Notes: generated by a model not told the origin, from the letters alone. A stretch of 32,512 nt of DNA from Actinobacteria bacterium UBA3012 (GCA_002346305.1 DDZI01000072.1:4217-36728); one strand, 5' to 3'; positions 7,568 to 16,141 are shown, counted from the first letter of the stretch. Made by a program: numbers and translations.

Positions 7568-8824
7568 ATGAGCGATCAGAGTAAAAACAAGGGCAAAACC
7601 AAAAATGTAAAACGCCAGTTTCCTAAATGGCGTGAACTCAAACCACTTTTGGTTTTTTCTTTGCCAACCTTGAAACGCAAGAAAGCCCGTCTGGCCGCCG
7701 CCTACACAATCTGGGATTTGCGCGATATCGCTAAAAGGCGCACCCCTACGGGCCCATTTGATTACACAGATGGTTCTGCCGAATCTGAAGTAAGCCTCGC
7801 TCGAGCCAGGAAGGCTTATCAAGATATCGAATTTAATCCAAGCATTCTCAAAGATGTATCAAAAGCAGATCTAACTTGTGAAGTTTTAGGTCAAAAGTTT
7901 TCGATGCCTATGGGAATCGCACCAACAGGTTTTGCGCGCATGATGCAAACCGAGGGTGAGATCGCCGGCGCACGCGCTGCTGAAAAATTTGGAATCCCTT
8001 TTTCACTTTCTACTCTTGGAACAACAACCATCGAAGATGTGGTTGCTGCAGCGCCCAATGGAAGCAACTGGTTTCAGTTGTATATGTGGAAAGATCGTGA
8101 AGGAAGCATGGCTCTCGTCGAGAGAGCACAAAAAGCTGGCGTAAAAAACTTGCTTCTGACTGTAGACGTTCCTGCATCCGGGCAACGAATTAGAGATTAC
8201 CGAAATGGTTTGACAGTTCCACCACGATTGAGTGCTAAAACTGTAATCGATGCTTTGCCTCGTCCAGCTTGGTGGATCAACTTCTTGACTACACCGGCAA
8301 TTCAATTTGCGTCACTATCAAATTGGCCTGGCACAGTGGGCGAATTGCTTGATTACATGTTTGACCCAACTATGACTTTTGAAGATTTGAAATGGGTTCG
8401 TGAACAGTGGAAAGGCAACTTGATCGTAAAAGGCGTCCAAAATTTAGAGGATGCCAAGAAATCTGCTGAGCTAGGCGCTGATGCGGTCTTGCTTTCAAAT
8501 CACGGAGGACGTCAATTAGATAGAGCCGCAGCTCCGCTCCATCTTTTAGCTGACATCAGAAAAGAGTTTGCTAAAGATTACGAAATACATATCGATACTG
8601 GAATCATGCACGGAGCCGATGTTCTTGCAGCCGTGGCATTAGGTGCGAAATTTACTTATGTCGGCCGTGCTTATTTGTATGGATTGATGGCCGGGGGACA
8701 AGATGGAGTTGAGCGAGCATTAGAAATTATGCAGTCTCAGATGATTAGAAATATGAAATTGCTAGGAGTTTCTACCTTGGAGGAGCTAACTCCGAACCAT
8801 GTGAAACTCTTAAACCGTCATTAA
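7568..8824 (+). CDS. lldD: FMN-dependent alpha-hydroxy-acid dehydrogenase, L-lactate dehydrogenase (LldD2-like)
   Basis: Motifs seen: FDYTDGSAESEVSLARARKAY, GIAPTGF..MQTEGEIAGARAA, NWFQLYMWKDRE, LLLTVDVP, LSNHGGRQLD and DTGIMHGADV. The basic N-terminal extension resembles mycobacterial LldD2-type enzymes. Confidence 0.9.
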   Translation: MSDQSKNKGKTKNVKRQFPKWRELKPLLVFSLPTLKRKKARLAAAYTIWDLRDIAKRRTPTGPFDYTDGSAESEVSLARARKAYQDIEFNPSILKDVSKADLTCEVLGQKFSMPMGIAPTGFARMMQTEGEIAGARAAEKFGIPFSLSTLGTTTIEDVVAAAPNGSNWFQLYMWKDREGSMALVERAQKAGVKNLLLTVDVPASGQRIRDYRNGLTVPPRLSAKTVIDALPRPAWWINFLTTPAIQFASLSNWPGTVGELLDYMFDPTMTFEDLKWVREQWKGNLIVKGVQNLEDAKKSAELGADAVLLSNHGGRQLDRAAAPLHLLADIRKEFAKDYEIHIDTGIMHGADVLAAVALGAKFTYVGRAYLYGLMAGGQDGVERALEIMQSQMIRNMKLLGVSTLEELTPNHVKLLNRH

Positions 8825-8836
8825 TTAGATTTTTGG

Positions 8837-9604
8837 TTAAGGACGACCGAGTACATCCATAGTCTTAATCAAGAACTCACGCGAACCGGCGATATGTGCA
8901 TGCAATGCCGCGCTTGCTCGCTCAGGATCTTTGGCGATGATTGCAGCGGTAACTTCTTTGTGCTCGGTAATGGATAAATGACCAGTGTCAGCCGAGTAGT
9001 AATGTCGAAATAAATCCGATACCGCATTTTCATCTACAGAGTTCTTGTCTCGTTGATTTTTGTTACTTTTTTCAGAAAAATACAGCCGATATAGATGTAA
9101 ATGGCAGTGGGTGCGCTCATAAGCCATCATCACCGAATTATTTCCAGATAATTTAGCAATTAGATTATGAAAACGGGCATCATGCTCGGTAATTGCGACA
9201 AAAGAATCCTCTTGCATGGTTGCTTCATCAGCCAGCGTTAACTCCCGCTGAAGAGCATCTCTTCCTGCTTCATTAATGTTTTCAGCCGCTTGTGCTGCAC
9301 CCCAAGGTTCAATTAATAATCTAAATTGAAAGAGATCATCAAACTCTTTTTTAGTAATCAAAGATGTAGCGGCGTAACCTTTCAGTGGTTCTTTAATAAC
9401 TAGGCCTTCAGATTCGAGGCGAGCAAGTGCTTCACGAATCGGAGTTTGTGAGACACCCATAGCTCTGCTTAATCCATCAATACTGATGTGTTCGCCAGGA
9501 GTGATTTCATAATGCAAAATTAACTCGCGGATGTGATCAAAAGTGTCATCAGAAAGGGCACTATGCCGCGGTATGTGTCGTGGACCAACGCTGTAATTAC
9601 TCAC
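8837..9604 (-). CDS. GntR-family transcriptional regulator, FadR subfamily (FCD effector domain)
   Basis: GTG start at 9604 with AAAGGGG upstream. Winged HTH LSRAMGVSQTPIREALARLESEGLV followed by an all-helical C-terminal domain. It converges on lldD with only 12 nt between the stops. Confidence 0.9.
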   Translation of the reverse strand: MSNYSVGPRHIPRHSALSDDTFDHIRELILHYEITPGEHISIDGLSRAMGVSQTPIREALARLESEGLVIKEPLKGYAATSLITKKEFDDLFQFRLLIEPWGAAQAAENINEAGRDALQRELTLADEATMQEDSFVAITEHDARFHNLIAKLSGNNSVMMAYERTHCHLHLYRLYFSEKSNKNQRDKNSVDENAVSDLFRHYYSADTGHLSITEHKEVTAAIIAKDPERASAALHAHIAGSREFLIKTMDVLGRP

Positions 9605-9653
9605 GAAGGGCCCCTTTCAAACGAGTTTAGGCAACCTTACTCGCCTACTTCAA

Positions 9654-10412
9654 TTATTTGGGAATCCGTAACCCTTGCATTCCGCCGTCGATACCCAATG
9701 CCGTTCCAGTAATTGCACTTTGCATTGGGCTGGCCAAAAATGCGATCGAACTGGCGATCTCTTCTGAGGTCACCAAACGACCAGAAGGTTGACGGGCTTC
9801 AAGACGTGCACGTTCTGCAACTGGATCGGCAGCTTGGGCAAGTAAACGTTGCACCCATGGAGTATCTGCAGTTCCTGGATTTACACAGTTGACGCGGATT
9901 TTGTCATTAATTAGATCGCAAGCCATCGCAAGAGTAAGAGTTAACACTGCACCTTTTGAGGCGCTGTAAATCGCCCGGTTTGGAATTCCCGCAGTAGCGG
10001 CGACTGAACACACATTTACTATTGCACCACTTTTACTTTTGCGCATTGAAGGTAGCGCAGTACGTGAAACGCGAGCTAATCCATAAACGTTGATGTTGAA
10101 GACTTTTTCCCAATTCGCGTCAGATTCACTTTCGATTGTTCCGATTGATCCGATTGCAGCATTGTTTATTAGTACGTCGATGACTGAAGTTTTCTTGGCA
10201 ACTTCGGCAAATGCTTTTTCTACAGAGGGGGTGTCACTAACGTCGCACTCAATCCAAGTTGCAACTCCGGTGGCTTCCATCTCACCCTTATTTAAATCAA
10301 GACCGTAGACAGTCGCGCCTCTAGTGTGAAGCAACGTTGCAGTAGCAAGTCCAATTCCCGATCCGGCTCCGGTAACAACTGCGGTCAATCCTTCAAACTC
10401 ACGTGCTGACAT
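9654..10412 (-). CDS. SDR oxidoreductase; by synteny a candidate 2-keto-3-deoxy-L-fuconate 4-dehydrogenase
   Basis: Contains TGAGSGIG, NNAA and YSASKGAV. It lies directly downstream of fucD, as in characterised L-fucose clusters. The substrate assignment is inference. Confidence 0.85.
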   Translation of the reverse strand: MSAREFEGLTAVVTGAGSGIGLATATLLHTRGATVYGLDLNKGEMEATGVATWIECDVSDTPSVEKAFAEVAKKTSVIDVLINNAAIGSIGTIESESDANWEKVFNINVYGLARVSRTALPSMRKSKSGAIVNVCSVAATAGIPNRAIYSASKGAVLTLTLAMACDLINDKIRVNCVNPGTADTPWVQRLLAQAADPVAERARLEARQPSGRLVTSEEIASSIAFLASPMQSAITGTALGIDGGMQGLRIPK

Positions 10413-10460
10413 TGTTTGTGCCTCTCTAGCGGTAGTTCCGGTTTCGGTTCATACTATTTC

Positions 10461-10493
10461 AGTACTTTACTCTCTTATTTAGTTTGTAGTACT
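10461..10493. promoter_or_regulatory. Possible internal operator/promoter spacer upstream of the SDR-gntR pair
   Basis: Two AGTACT palindromic hexamers (10461-10466, 10488-10493) lie in the 85-nt fucD-SDR spacer. The second is embedded in GTAGTAC (GT-N3-AC, FadR-subfamily-like core). Confidence 0.25.
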
Positions 10494-10497
10494 TGCG

Positions 10498-11799
10498 TTA
10501 TACAAAATCTTTCCACTGTGGACCTGTTGGATAAGTGAAATCTACCAAACTGCTCTTGAGCATTTCAGCGCCAGCTCCTGGTTTTGAGGGTGGGAAGTAC
10601 CTTCCATTGCGCACATCTGTTGGAACGGACATATGTTCGTGGAGGTGATCCATATACTCAATGATTCGATCATCATGATGGCCAGAAACTGCCACTGCAT
10701 CGAACATCGCAAAATGTTGGACCATTTCACACAACCCAACTCCGCCTGCGTGAGGACATACTGGAATACTAAATTTTGCGGCCAATAAAACATTTGCCAC
10801 ATTCTCATTTACGCCACCCACTCGTGCTGAGTCGATCTGCATGTAAGACAAACCTTTTAATTGCAAGAATTGTTTAAACATAACTCGGTTTGCACAGGCT
10901 TCGCCGGTTGCAACTTTTACGGGAGCAATACCTTTTGCAATTGCAGCATGGCCTACTACGTCATCTGGATTTGTAGGTTCTTCAACCCAATGCAGATTTA
11001 CATCTCCCAGAGCATTAATCCAATCAATTGCTTCCTGCACATCCCAAACCTGGTTGGCATCAACTGCAAGTTTTACATTTGGACCAACCGCTTCACGAGC
11101 AAGTCTTAGTCGGCGTTTGTCATCTTCTAAGGATGCACCGCATTTCAATTTAATTAGCGTAAATCCATCTGCAACAGCCTCTTTTGCAAGATGTACCATT
11201 TTTTCATCGGTATAGCCAAGCCAACCTGGGGTAGTTGTATAGGCGGGCAATCCTTCAGCAAGCATCTTGGCTTCATTAGCTGCACGATTTGGTTGAACTT
11301 TTTTTAGCATCTCTAAAGCTTCAACGGGAGTTAGTGCATCAGTTAGGTAGCGCCAATCAACTAATTCAACGATCTCTTCAGGAGACATATCTGAAAGCAA
11401 TTTCCAAAGAGGCTTTCCAGCAATTTTAGAAATTAAATCCCAGACGGCAGTAAGAACTGCTCCTGTTGCCATATGGGTTACGCCTTTTTCAGGTCCAAGC
11501 CATCTCACTTGGCTATCTCGAACTAATTCTTGAGCAAGTGCACCCATTGATTTAGAGAGTTGACCAAGATCGCGGCCGACCAAGGTTTGTGCGATTAAAT
11601 CTATAGCGTCACATGCGAGATCGTTTCCACGTCCTAAAGTAAATACAAATCCATTTCCTTCTAGTCCTGGCGTATCTGTTTCTAATGTCAGATACGCCGC
11701 GGAATAATCAGGATCTTTATTCATTGCATCCGAACCATCTAATCCACGAGAAGTAGGAAAACGCACATCCAAAGTTTTAAATCCGGTGATCTTTGCCAT
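10498..11799 (-). CDS. fucD: L-fuconate dehydratase (enolase superfamily, MR subgroup)
   Basis: Near-colinear with the characterised Xanthomonas FucD as I recall it: LDVRFPTSRGLDGSDAMNKDPDYSAAY, RWLGPEKGV, PAYTTTPGWLGYTDEK, IKLKCG, AVDANQ, WVEEP, ATGE, QIDSARVGGVNE and PHAGGVGLCE. The start at 11799 (MAKITGF) aligns with FucD. An in-frame ATG at 11817 is the alternative. Confidence 0.9.
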   Translation of the reverse strand: MAKITGFKTLDVRFPTSRGLDGSDAMNKDPDYSAAYLTLETDTPGLEGNGFVFTLGRGNDLACDAIDLIAQTLVGRDLGQLSKSMGALAQELVRDSQVRWLGPEKGVTHMATGAVLTAVWDLISKIAGKPLWKLLSDMSPEEIVELVDWRYLTDALTPVEALEMLKKVQPNRAANEAKMLAEGLPAYTTTPGWLGYTDEKMVHLAKEAVADGFTLIKLKCGASLEDDKRRLRLAREAVGPNVKLAVDANQVWDVQEAIDWINALGDVNLHWVEEPTNPDDVVGHAAIAKGIAPVKVATGEACANRVMFKQFLQLKGLSYMQIDSARVGGVNENVANVLLAAKFSIPVCPHAGGVGLCEMVQHFAMFDAVAVSGHHDDRIIEYMDHLHEHMSVPTDVRNGRYFPPSKPGAGAEMLKSSLVDFTYPTGPQWKDFV

Positions 11800-11851
11800 T
11801 CGCTTACTTACTTCCATTCTTCAAATTGAATTAGTAGTTCGGGGAATTAAC

Positions 11852-12955
11852 TTAGCCTTTTAAGAACTTTGCCAACTCCTTAGGAGCGCCCTTTTCAGCC
11901 CACAAAGTTTCATAGCCAATACCAGGCCCCTTTGGAGCATGGAGCATGCCGTTTTTATCTATCGCCGGATCTTGAGCCAATTCAATATATGGATTGTCTT
12001 TGATCAAGGATTCGTAATAAGAGTTGTTTTTAATCGCCATACAAAGATGTGCTTGTTCCAAGCCCATTCCATGTACTTCGGCGCGAAGGTGGAAAGTGTC
12101 AGCCAAATGTGCGATACGCATGGCCCCAGTGAAGCCACCACGTAAAAATGTGGAAACGCGAAGTGCGCTTGCGACACCTGTTGCCACGAAATCTCCAGCG
12201 CTCATATGTGCACCCTCGGTTACTTCGCCAAGTAGTAATGGAATTCGTACTCGCTCACCTAGCCACTTGTAAGCAGTGACTGAAAACTCGCGCATTGGCT
12301 CTTCATACCAAAGGAAGTCAGCCTCATCTAATGCATGTCCAAGATAAACAGCATCCATCAAATCAAAACCAGCTGAACCGTCATACATAAGTGCGATATC
12401 CGGCCCAACATGTGCCCGAAGTTTTAGCGATAACTCTGCATCTTTTTTAGCATCACCAAAAGCATGCAACTTAATTGCTTTGTACCCACGGTCTATACAT
12501 TGTGATGCGATATCAAGAAACTCTGGAATTGATGAGTAGGTAACAGTTGATGCGTAAGCCGGAATGGACTCACGATACCCACCGAGCAATTTGTAAACTG
12601 GAAGATTTGCAGCTTTCGCAGCGATATCCCATAGGGCAACATCAATTACGTGTGCCATGTTTGGTGCAAATCTTTCAATGCGATCTAATTCCCAAACGCG
12701 CTCCCAAAGATGTTCGCGCATCAGTGGGTCTTGGCCAATCATTTCTGAACGGAAACGACGGTCAACATAATCTTTCAAAATCACACCACGTGCCGCAGTG
12801 GCAAAGCCAGTGATGCCAGCATCAGTTTCAATTACTAACCAGCCACCAACAGATGGCCCGTCAGACCCGGGAATATTCTTACGCCAAACAAATGGAGGAT
12901 TAACCGCTGGGCGATCTACCAAGATAACTTCGATATTTGTAATTTTCATTTTCAC
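11852..12955 (-). CDS. Mandelate racemase/muconate-lactonizing-enzyme family protein (enolase superfamily), substrate unknown
   Basis: AGGAG lies 5 nt upstream of ATG 12955. Capping domain LWDIAAKAANLPVYKLLGG. Metal-ligand contexts MYDGS, WYEEP and LLLGE. The strand-2 motif reads IKLH rather than KxK (by eye). Confidence 0.85.
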   Translation of the reverse strand: MKMKITNIEVILVDRPAVNPPFVWRKNIPGSDGPSVGGWLVIETDAGITGFATAARGVILKDYVDRRFRSEMIGQDPLMREHLWERVWELDRIERFAPNMAHVIDVALWDIAAKAANLPVYKLLGGYRESIPAYASTVTYSSIPEFLDIASQCIDRGYKAIKLHAFGDAKKDAELSLKLRAHVGPDIALMYDGSAGFDLMDAVYLGHALDEADFLWYEEPMREFSVTAYKWLGERVRIPLLLGEVTEGAHMSAGDFVATGVASALRVSTFLRGGFTGAMRIAHLADTFHLRAEVHGMGLEQAHLCMAIKNNSYYESLIKDNPYIELAQDPAIDKNGMLHAPKGPGIGYETLWAEKGAPKELAKFLKG

Positions 12956-13053
12956 TCCTAAAGTTCCCGAGTTGGCGGATTCAGATAAGTAATTATTACC
13001 AGCAAAGTAGTACGAATTGTCCGAAATTGCTAGAGCGTGATGACTTTGGCTGA

Positions 13054-13860
13054 CTACTCAGGCAGGCGAGAGAGTTTCCACTCTTCCAATTCAGCCAATC
13101 CTTCTTCACTGAGTGGATAGTATTTGCGTAACGCTCCACCTGCAGCCAGGCGAGCCCTACTGAATTCTTCGCTTCCCTCGTAACGTTCAGCAACGTCAAG
13201 AATAATCTCGGCTACATTTATTGGTACAACTACCGCTCCATCATCATCAGCGATAATGATGTCTCCTGGCATGACAAGAACTCCACCTACTGCAATCGGT
13301 ACAGCATATGCCCATGGATAAAGGGGACCTTGTGAAGCGAAGTTTGGAGTAGCACCTAACGTCCAAAGTGGGATCTCCATCTTCTGGATACGCGGCCAGT
13401 CACGGATATAACCATCCACAACTATTCCGACTCCGCCACGACCTGCAAATGAAGTCACCAACATCTCCCCAAGACATCCAGTGTGCTTATCTCCGTAAGC
13501 TTGGACCATCAGGAAATCATTTTTTTGAACATCATCGAGGACTGCCCAAAGAGCTGAGGTATTTTCACCCTCTTCTTGTACTTTTCCTGATGCGATATCT
13601 TCACGTTGTGGCATAAATTGCATGGTTAGCGCGCTACCTACTGCGTGCTGCCCTGTTTTCAACGGGCGAGGACCCGTGATGAAGGTATATCTGATTCCGA
13701 GCATATACATAAGTGCAGATGCAGTTGCTGTACTAACTACTTCTAGGCGTTTGATCATCTCTTCAGGGGCACGAGTGAATCCATGGCCAGTAATTGGCAA
13801 TTTCAGCCCCTTAGGTTTCTCAATCTTTAAGTTGTCATCAAAAAGCTTTGGCTTGGCCAT
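13054..13860 (-). CDS. RraA / HMG-CHA aldolase-like protein (class II pyruvate aldolase / oxaloacetate decarboxylase fold)
   Basis: GCLGEMLVTSFAGRGGVGIVVDGYIRDWPRI..IPLWTLGATPN...VPIAVGGVLVMPGDIIIADDDGAVVVP is the RraA-like signature. At 268 aa it has N- and C-terminal extensions relative to minimal RraA proteins. Confidence 0.8.
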   Translation of the reverse strand: MAKPKLFDDNLKIEKPKGLKLPITGHGFTRAPEEMIKRLEVVSTATASALMYMLGIRYTFITGPRPLKTGQHAVGSALTMQFMPQREDIASGKVQEEGENTSALWAVLDDVQKNDFLMVQAYGDKHTGCLGEMLVTSFAGRGGVGIVVDGYIRDWPRIQKMEIPLWTLGATPNFASQGPLYPWAYAVPIAVGGVLVMPGDIIIADDDGAVVVPINVAEIILDVAERYEGSEEFSRARLAAGGALRKYYPLSEEGLAELEEWKLSRLPE

Positions 13861-13890
13861 TTACTGCACCTTTCTGTTGATTGGGTTTAC

Positions 13891-15114
13891 TTACATCCAG
13901 TTACGTGCAGCCGGCTTTACTTCTGCGATTGGGTGCATGATTTCTGCATGATAATTGAAATCTAAATAAGGGTATTTCTCTTCGAGGTTGTCAGCTAATT
14001 TGATTCCAAAGCCAGGAACTTGCGGTACAGCAAGCTTTCCTTTCGCAGTTGGAAGTCCATCAGCCAAAATTGCATCTCGTAGTGGACCTTGAGCGAAATT
14101 AACTTCAACCTGACCGTAAAGCGGTGCACCGGCCATGATGTGCGCATGCATAATTGCCATGGCTCCATTGTGCCATCCATGTGGATCACATGAAATTCCA
14201 TAGGTAGCTGCCATTTCCATCACTGCTTTCATTTCAGTAATACCCATCCAGCCTGCATCTGGGTGCAACATCTGCAGCGCACCTTGTTCAAAATATGGAC
14301 GGTATTGATCGAGTGATTGCATAACTTCGCCACCGCTGATGGTTAAATCTGGAGCAACTTTCTGCAACTCCTTAAAGCCATCAATATTGGTAATTACGAT
14401 GGCATCTTCAAACCAAATAAAGCCGAGATCATTTAGACCTTTGGCAACCTTTAATGCTTCTTCAAGGCTTAAGCGTGCATTTCCATCTACTGCTAAGCGG
14501 AAATCTGGACCTACTGCATCGCGAAGTTTTTTCATGTGCTTGATGAAGCGCTCTGGAGTTACACCATCAAATGCCCATTGGGTTCCCATACGAATCTTTG
14601 AGGTGGTGTATCCAAGATTTTTATAGCCGACAACTTCGTCAATTAATTGATCAGGATTAATACTCCAGTCGTAATTAACGCCACCGGATGCATATGCATC
14701 AACCTCTGTTACTTTTGGATCTGCACCAAGTAAAACGGCAACTGTCTTTCCAGTTATCTGGCCAAGAATGTCCCAGAATGCACAATCAAGACCAGCCACA
14801 GCGCCATCATGTGCCCAATTCACTCCACGTGGACGAGCAACGCGCCATGCTTCGGAAAGTGAACGACCAACCATGATTCGCGAAAACCAATCAATCCAAG
14901 ATTTAATAATTGGGGGACCACCATAAGAACAAACTTCACCATAACCAATCTGTCCTTGATCGGTTTCAACAACCACCATGTAAACGTCAGCCTTAACTGC
15001 ACGAATTACATGAGTACCCCAGGCTTTATCCGTATCGTGTAAACGAGAGAGCAAAATGCTCTTAACTGATTTAATTTTTACATCTGGATAATTCTCCTGA
15101 ATTAGCGTGTTCAA
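13891..15114 (-). CDS. Mandelate racemase/muconate-lactonizing-enzyme family protein (enolase superfamily), probable acid-sugar dehydratase
   Basis: TTG start at 15114 preceded by AGGAAGG at 7-nt spacing. Contains AFWDILGQITGKTVAVLLG, AVDGN, WFED, ISGGE, HPDAGWMG and DPHGW (His-Asp dyad context). The strand-2 motif reads SKIRMG (by eye). Confidence 0.85.
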   Translation of the reverse strand: MNTLIQENYPDVKIKSVKSILLSRLHDTDKAWGTHVIRAVKADVYMVVVETDQGQIGYGEVCSYGGPPIIKSWIDWFSRIMVGRSLSEAWRVARPRGVNWAHDGAVAGLDCAFWDILGQITGKTVAVLLGADPKVTEVDAYASGGVNYDWSINPDQLIDEVVGYKNLGYTTSKIRMGTQWAFDGVTPERFIKHMKKLRDAVGPDFRLAVDGNARLSLEEALKVAKGLNDLGFIWFEDAIVITNIDGFKELQKVAPDLTISGGEVMQSLDQYRPYFEQGALQMLHPDAGWMGITEMKAVMEMAATYGISCDPHGWHNGAMAIMHAHIMAGAPLYGQVEVNFAQGPLRDAILADGLPTAKGKLAVPQVPGFGIKLADNLEEKYPYLDFNYHAEIMHPIAEVKPAARNWM

Positions 15115-15292
15115 TTTAGTGCCTTCCTAATATTTGCCTGGCAAGAATTACACATTTTTCTAATAAATCAAAAGTAAAACCCTATAGGATCAGTGACTAG
15201 CAGGCAAGGAAAAGGATTAACATTTTTATATCTTTTCTTAATAAAATAAGAGAAGTTTACTACTTGGCGCACGTCCGAATAGGTGGATATTT
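15115..15292. promoter_or_regulatory. AT-rich divergent control region between the minus-strand enolase/fucD operon and the plus-strand lactonase operon
   Basis: 178-nt gap between start codons at 15114 and 15293. Contains palindromes TTGCC-t-GGCAA (15134-15144) and CCTATAGG (15181-15188). GGCAAG is repeated at 15140 and 15203, and ACATTTTT at 15152 and 15220. Confidence 0.5.
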
Positions 15293-16141
15293 ATGCGGAT
15301 AGATTCTCATCATCATTTATGGGATTTAGATATTGCTCCACGAGGATGGCTGGCTGGTGATGTGCTTGCGCCACTTAATCGCACATTTTCAATGGATGAT
15401 TTTTATGCTGAGCGAGCCTCAGCGAAGATAGATAAATCAATACTTGTGCAAACACTTTCTGATTACGAGGAAATGAAAGAATTTTTTAATGTAGCCGAAA
15501 ATCATGAGTCAATGGTTGGAGTTGTTGCGTGGATCGATACTAGTAGATCAGATTGCTTCGAAAAACTTGAAACTTATTTGGATTTGCCTGGATCAAACAA
15601 GTTAGTAGGCATTCGCGATGGAGCACAAGGACGAACTGACACAGAGTGGCTTGTAAGTGAACAAGTTGTAAAAAATATAACTCAGTTAGTGCAAGAGGGG
15701 CTAACTTTTGATTTACTGGTAGATCCACCGCATTTGGTGGCAAGTGCAAAATTAGTAAAACAATGCCCAGACACAACTTTCATTTTAGATCACATTGGAA
15801 AACCTAATATTGGCAAAGGTGATCCCGGAGAATTAAAAGAGTGGTCCAACCTTATTGAAGATTTAGCCGCTAATCAGAATGTCTCATGCAAAGTATCCGG
15901 AATGGTAACTGAGGCAAATTGGCAAGCGTGGAAAAATGATGATTTCAAAAGATACTTTGATGTTGTCCTAAATTCATTCGGTATCGATCGAATCATGTAC
16001 GGATCAGATTGGCCAGTTTGTAAATTGGCAGCATCGTATGAGCAGGTAGCTAACTTGGCAGAATATTTAGTAGCAGATTTGAGCGAAAGCGAAAAGGAAA
16101 AGTTCTGGAGCAAAAACGCGATTAATGCATACGGAATTTAG
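15293..16141 (+). CDS. Amidohydrolase_2 (COG3618-type) sugar lactonase, candidate L-fucono-1,5-lactonase
   Basis: RIDSHHHLWD at the N-terminus, ILDHIGKP and MYGSDWPV near the C-terminus. GGTGG lies 6 nt upstream of the ATG. The substrate is inferred from fucD proximity. Confidence 0.85.
   Translation: MRIDSHHHLWDLDIAPRGWLAGDVLAPLNRTFSMDDFYAERASAKIDKSILVQTLSDYEEMKEFFNVAENHESMVGVVAWIDTSRSDCFEKLETYLDLPGSNKLVGIRDGAQGRTDTEWLVSEQVVKNITQLVQEGLTFDLLVDPPHLVASAKLVKQCPDTTFILDHIGKPNIGKGDPGELKEWSNLIEDLAANQNVSCKVSGMVTEANWQAWKNDDFKRYFDVVLNSFGIDRIMYGSDWPVCKLAASYEQVANLAEYLVADLSESEKEKFWSKNAINAYGI

Noticed and set aside
7517-8305. ORFs 7517..7822(-), 7956..8144(+) and 8003..8305(-)
   Set aside because: They overlap the highly conserved lldD coding sequence and have no independent support.
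8825-8836. Only 12 nt separate the convergent stops of lldD and gntR, with no room for a hairpin terminator
   Set aside because: This was noted as a sign of genome compaction. No stem-loop can be drawn, so I make no terminator call and no further claim.
12798-13199. ORFs 12798..12992(+) and 12996..13199(-) touching the MR367/RraA spacer
   Set aside because: Both mostly overlap real genes in other frames. The true non-coding gap is only 98 nt, and neither ORF has an RBS.
10090-15002. Internal or antisense ORFs within the minus-strand operon (10090..10308, 10542..10808, 10861..11109, 11939..12145, 12024..12272, 12547..12813, 13368..13616, 13622..13951, 13995..14201, 14339..14626, 14688..14876, 14820..15002)
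   Set aside because: All are shadows of the SDR, FucD, enolase-family or RraA-like genes, and none has family resemblance.
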